A DNA stretch of 64,000 nucleotides from Acidimicrobiia bacterium (GTDB lineage Bacteria > Actinomycetota > Acidimicrobiia > Spongiisociales > ZC4RG35), in contig JBGTNX010000045.1 of NCBI GenBank assembly GCA_041742825.1, positions 14,465 through 78,464 of the forward strand, written 5' to 3'. Under the pieces are notes generated by a model. It was given only the letters and a program-made list of their open reading frames with translations, had not been told where the DNA came from and ran no database searches. This document shows positions 60,411 through 64,000 of this stretch, piece after piece. Positions within the stretch are counted from its first letter, which is position 1; each line of letters begins with the position of its first letter. The position numbers and the translations under genes are program-made.

Positions 60411-62981
60411 ATGACTCCGACCGGCCCCGAAGCCGTTGCGCGCAGTCTGATCGACAGGGCCAACGCCGAGCCGGCAGAGGTTCTGGGAGAGGGTCGACTT
60501 CTTCTCGACGTCCTGGACGATCCGGACCAGCGAGCATCGGTGCTCCGGGCGATGGCACTGGCAGCCCGGAGCGTGTCCACGCTCGACGAGTCGGTTCAAT
60601 ACGCGCGAGCCGCGGCCGGGGCGGCTGAAGATCTCACCATACGGCTCGAGGCACTGGGGACGATGGCGGGGTCGATGGCTTCGGCCGGTGAGACCGCCGC
60701 CGCTCTGGCTGTCCTCGATGACGCCGCCGCTCAGGCATCGGGCCTGATCGCGGCACAACTCGATTTCCAGCGCGGCTTCGTCCTCACCATGACCGGAGAT
60801 TACCGACCTGCACTTGCGGCGTTTGAGCGGTCTCTGCCCCTATTCCGGCACCACGAACGATCGGATTTTGTGGCCATGGCCCTGCACAACCAGGGATTCA
60901 TCTACACCCAAACCGGTCGACTGGGCGAAGCCGAGGCCGCCCTGACCGAGGCACGGGATCTCGAGGAGGCAGCGGGGCGGCTCCAGGCGGTGTCGGGTGT
61001 CGACCACAACCTGGGGCTCCTTGCATCGTTCCGGGGTGATGTCCCCGAAGCGTTGCGGCGCCTGACGATGAGCGACGAGTCATATATGCTCCAGACCGGT
61101 AACGCGGTCCCTCAGCATGTAAGCCGATGCGAGATTCTCCTTTCTGTCGGTCTCTTCCACGAAGCCTTGGACCTGGCGAAACGGATTGCAGCGGGAGCGC
61201 GGAGCAAGGGACGTGCGGAAGACGAAGCCGATGCCCTGCTCGTGGCAGCCCGCGCCGCCCTCCTCTGCAACGATCCGGAACAGTCGATCAAATTAGCGAC
61301 GGCGGCGAGAACCAGATTTGAGAAGCAGCAGAGGGTGATCTGGGCTGACCAGGCCAACCTGTCAGTCGTCGAAGCGACCTACGCCAACCAGGGCGCTTCT
61401 GCAGACCTCAGAGACCTCACCCGTCAGTTGGCTGCCCAACTCGGAAAGCGTGGGTTTGCTATCGCCGAAACAAGGGCCCGGATCCTCGCTGGCCGTATCG
61501 CCATCGAGCTCGGTGACTTCAAATCGGCGGATGCGGACTTGACAGCTGTTGGCAAACCTCGTTCCGGGCCGGTCGAATTGAGAATCCAGCGCTGGCAGGC
61601 GGAGGCGCTGCTCCGTCTGGCCCGGGGCAACGCAAGAGGGGCAGATGCTGCGGCGCGGGCGGGCCTCGACCTTCTCGACGACTACCAGGCAGGGCTCGGT
61701 GCAAGCGACCTCAGGTTCGGGATTGAACGTCAGGGAGCAGAGCTTGGGGCGATAGGGCTTCGGCTTGCAGTCGAATCCGGCAGGCCTCGGCGCGTGTTCA
61801 GCTGGATGGAGCGGACCCGGGCCCGCGCTCTCCGATATCCGCCTGTGGTGCCCGGCGACACCGAGCGCGAGCAGGGTGTCCTTGCCGAACTCCGTCAGGT
61901 GAGTGCAGAACTGCGTGATCCGGAGAACCGTGACGATCGGGATTTGATGCGGAGGCAGCGCCGGCTTCAGGAACAACTACGCAGTTCCAATCGCGTCCGC
62001 CGTTCCGCGACCACGTCGGATTCAGACTTTTCAGTCGGGCTCTTGCTCGCCTCCCTGGGGGATCGAACTCTGGTTGAACTCGGTGCCGTGGAGGGCAGGC
62101 TCGTTGCGGTCGTGGCGAAAGACGGGAGGTTCTCCTTTCGCGAGATCGGCGATGCCCCGGCCATCGAACAGGAGTTGGGTCGGGTCCGTTCCACCCTCCG
62201 CCGTACCGCCCGAATGCGTCGGGATTCAAGGGTCGTCGAGGAAAGCGTGGAGCGGTTCGATCGAATGGTGCTAGCCGGCTTGGGTTTACGTGCCGAACGG
62301 GTAGTGCTGGTTCCTCCGGGTCCGCTGATGGCAGCTCCCTGGGCGGTGCTCCCATCGTTCGGAGGGGCCGAAGTGACTGTGGCGCCATCGGCGGAGATGT
62401 GGTGGCGGGCGTTTTCGAGAAGGTCGTCTGGTGATGGTGTGGTGCTGGCGGCCGGTCCCGATCTCGAGAACGCAACCCATGAAGTCGCAAGGTTGAGATC
62501 GCTGTACAAGGAGGCGACGGTCCTGGGACCATCGGACACAGCCGACCGGTTCGGCGCCGCGGTTCGCGGGGCGGCTGTGGCCCATGCCGCCTGTCATGCA
62601 ACTTTCGAGGTTGATAACCCGATGTTCTCCTCGCTCCGACTCGGTGACGGCGACTTCAACGTCTATGACCTGGAGCGTCTCCACGATCCGCCAGAACTGA
62701 TGGTGCTTTCGGCATGTGACTCGGGCTACACCGACACCAGGGCGGGAGACGAATTGACGGGGCTGACCTCGGCGCTGCTGAGCATGGGCTCGAAGTCGGT
62801 GGTCGCCAGCGTCGGCCTGGTTCCCGACTCGGAGGCAACTTCTGACCTGATGGTCCGCTTCCACCAAGGCCTCCGTTCCGGCCTTTCACCTGCCCGCGCC
62901 CTCTCCACCGCCCAACACGAATCCCTGGACACCCCCGACGGCTACATCGCGGCAGCCTCGTTCCTCTGCATCGGCGGCTAA
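60411..62981 (+). CDS. TPR-repeat + CHAT-domain (caspase-like) protein
   Basis: About 500 aa of helical TPR-like repeats, then a CHAT domain with catalytic His (AHAACHATF) and Cys (MVLSACDSG). Confidence 0.85.
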   Translation: MTPTGPEAVARSLIDRANAEPAEVLGEGRLLLDVLDDPDQRASVLRAMALAARSVSTLDESVQYARAAAGAAEDLTIRLEALGTMAGSMASAGETAAALAVLDDAAAQASGLIAAQLDFQRGFVLTMTGDYRPALAAFERSLPLFRHHERSDFVAMALHNQGFIYTQTGRLGEAEAALTEARDLEEAAGRLQAVSGVDHNLGLLASFRGDVPEALRRLTMSDESYMLQTGNAVPQHVSRCEILLSVGLFHEALDLAKRIAAGARSKGRAEDEADALLVAARAALLCNDPEQSIKLATAARTRFEKQQRVIWADQANLSVVEATYANQGASADLRDLTRQLAAQLGKRGFAIAETRARILAGRIAIELGDFKSADADLTAVGKPRSGPVELRIQRWQAEALLRLARGNARGADAAARAGLDLLDDYQAGLGASDLRFGIERQGAELGAIGLRLAVESGRPRRVFSWMERTRARALRYPPVVPGDTEREQGVLAELRQVSAELRDPENRDDRDLMRRQRRLQEQLRSSNRVRRSATTSDSDFSVGLLLASLGDRTLVELGAVEGRLVAVVAKDGRFSFREIGDAPAIEQELGRVRSTLRRTARMRRDSRVVEESVERFDRMVLAGLGLRAERVVLVPPGPLMAAPWAVLPSFGGAEVTVAPSAEMWWRAFSRRSSGDGVVLAAGPDLENATHEVARLRSLYKEATVLGPSDTADRFGAAVRGAAVAHAACHATFEVDNPMFSSLRLGDGDFNVYDLERLHDPPELMVLSACDSGYTDTRAGDELTGLTSALLSMGSKSVVASVGLVPDSEATSDLMVRFHQGLRSGLSPARALSTAQHESLDTPDGYIAAASFLCIGG

Positions 62982-63017
62982 ACCATTCCTAAGGCTGTAG
63001 AGCTCATATTTGATTCG

Positions 63018-63629
63018 GTGGCCACACAGTTCGGCTTCTCCACCGCTGGTGGGCACTGCGGTCGGTACGATCCACTAATCGAAGAGATATCGCATGGTGA
63101 ATTGTTGTTGCGCGCTGCCGCCGGGGAGCGTGAGGCGTGGGACGCGCTCGTGGAGAGGTTCGGGCAGATGGTCTGGTCGGTCGCCCGCAGTTATCGCCTC
63201 GACGATGCCGCCGCGTCTGATGTCGCCCAGACCGTCTGGCTGCGTCTGATCGAGAACATCGACCGCATCAACGACCCCGAACGTCTCCCGGGATGGTTGG
63301 CCGTCACCTGTCGGCGCGAGGCACTGCGGGTGCTCAAACGCAGCGAAAGGGACATCCCAAGTGACTTCGAGTACGACGTCGAAGACCCGTCGCCGTCACT
63401 CGAGTCGATGCTGATCGAAGACGAGGAGAGCCGCGAGGTGGTGGCCGCGTTCCGGGAAATCGGTGACGAGTGTCAGCAGCTGCTCCGGCTGCTGACAGTG
63501 GAACCTGCGCTTACCTACGAGGAAATCTCTGAAGCCACTGGCCGCCCCGTCGGAAGTTTGGGGCCGACCAGGGGCCGCTGCGTCGAAAGACTGCGAGCCG
63601 CGATGTCGCGTATCAGGAGGGAGTCTTGA
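63018..63629 (+). CDS. ECF (sigma-70 family) RNA polymerase sigma factor
   Basis: Region 2 (DVAQTVWLRLIENIDRINDPERLPGWL) and region 4 HTH (TYEEISEATGRPVGSLGPTRGRCVERL). Confidence 0.85.
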   Translation: MATQFGFSTAGGHCGRYDPLIEEISHGELLLRAAAGEREAWDALVERFGQMVWSVARSYRLDDAAASDVAQTVWLRLIENIDRINDPERLPGWLAVTCRREALRVLKRSERDIPSDFEYDVEDPSPSLESMLIEDEESREVVAAFREIGDECQQLLRLLTVEPALTYEEISEATGRPVGSLGPTRGRCVERLRAAMSRIRRES

Positions 63630-63659
63630 CGCTCTATCAAGTGAAGGAGGTGGATTCAG

Positions 63660-64000
63660 ATGACTGACTCGGCAAAGGACAACGAATTTCTCGACATACT
63701 CCGCAACGGGTTACAGCAGAGCGATCCTGTCCCTACGATGGTCTCGGAATTCGCCTTCGCCCTGTTCACCTGGCGCAATGTCGAGGCAGAGCTTGCCGAG
63801 CTCGCCTTCGATTCCGTGGACGAGGAAACACCCGCCGGTGTGCGTTCGACCGCTACTTCCCGAATGATTTCTTTTGAAGTCGGAAACTGGACTATCGACC
63901 TCGAACACAACCCGGCCACCGGAATCCTCATGGGTTCGTTGTCGCCGGTCTCACCCTTTTCTGTAGAGCTCCACAATCGTGGGGCTCATTTCGAGATGGA
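63660..64000 (+). CDS. Partial ORF downstream of ECF sigma (candidate anti-sigma/partner), runs off window
   Basis: ATG at 63660 lies 8 nt after a GAAGGAGG RBS. At least 113 codons remain open (MTDSAKDNEFLDILRNG...). Confidence 0.5.
   Translation, partial: MTDSAKDNEFLDILRNGLQQSDPVPTMVSEFAFALFTWRNVEAELAELAFDSVDEETPAGVRSTATSRMISFEVGNWTIDLEHNPATGILMGSLSPVSPFSVELHNRGAHFEM

Overview
This is a high-GC (about 65-70%) actinobacterial chromosome segment that spans the replication origin.

- **Origin core.** The gene order matches the mycobacterial origin neighbourhood. It begins with an ECF sigma (SigM-like), a ZAS anti-sigma, a small membrane protein, then trxB, trxA and a CwlM-like amidase. On the minus strand follow parB, parA, rsmG, jag, yidC, yidD, rnpA and rpmH. 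On the plus strand follow dnaA, dnaN, recF, a DUF721 gene, gyrB, gyrA, a DUF3566 gene and a small DLW-39-like ORF. A DnaA-box cluster lies upstream of dnaA. The dnaA-dnaN spacer carries two DnaA boxes and an AT-rich unwinding element.
- **Left flank.** It holds a CCA-adding enzyme gene, an orphan pilT, an HDAC-family deacetylase divergent from a GNAT gene, and a stand-alone MviN-type pseudokinase/ectodomain protein with no MurJ domain.
- **Right of gyrA.** A translationally coupled cluster of secreted proteins comes first (beta-propeller lipoprotein, CRTAC1/FG-GAP protein, YpfJ-type zinc metallopeptidase). Then come two MFS transporters and proB-proA.
- **Sugar/amino-sugar island (about 16 kb).** Genes: SDR, eda, deoC, ROK kinase, GntR/HutC regulator, SIS protein, ROK regulator, ribose-type ABC importer, two Gfo/Idh/MocA dehydrogenases, TIM-barrel isomerase, FAD oxidoreductase, PTE-family hydrolase, NagB-like deaminase. 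It carries four dre-like palindromic operators.
- **Right end.** It contains an ABC-2 exporter, small lipoprotein and membrane genes, DUF952, an F420/PPOX-class enzyme and a SelW/Rdx protein. There are two copies of a roughly 135-170 nt putatively structured repeat.
- **Most unusual locus.** A cytoplasmic S8 subtilase lies divergent from a TPR-CHAT (caspase-like) protein. An ECF sigma factor and a partial downstream ORF follow the CHAT gene. This is a candidate protease-to-sigma signalling or conflict module, analogous in logic to Craspase/Csx30/RpoE but without CRISPR.

No rRNA, tRNA, CRISPR array or transposase was recognised.
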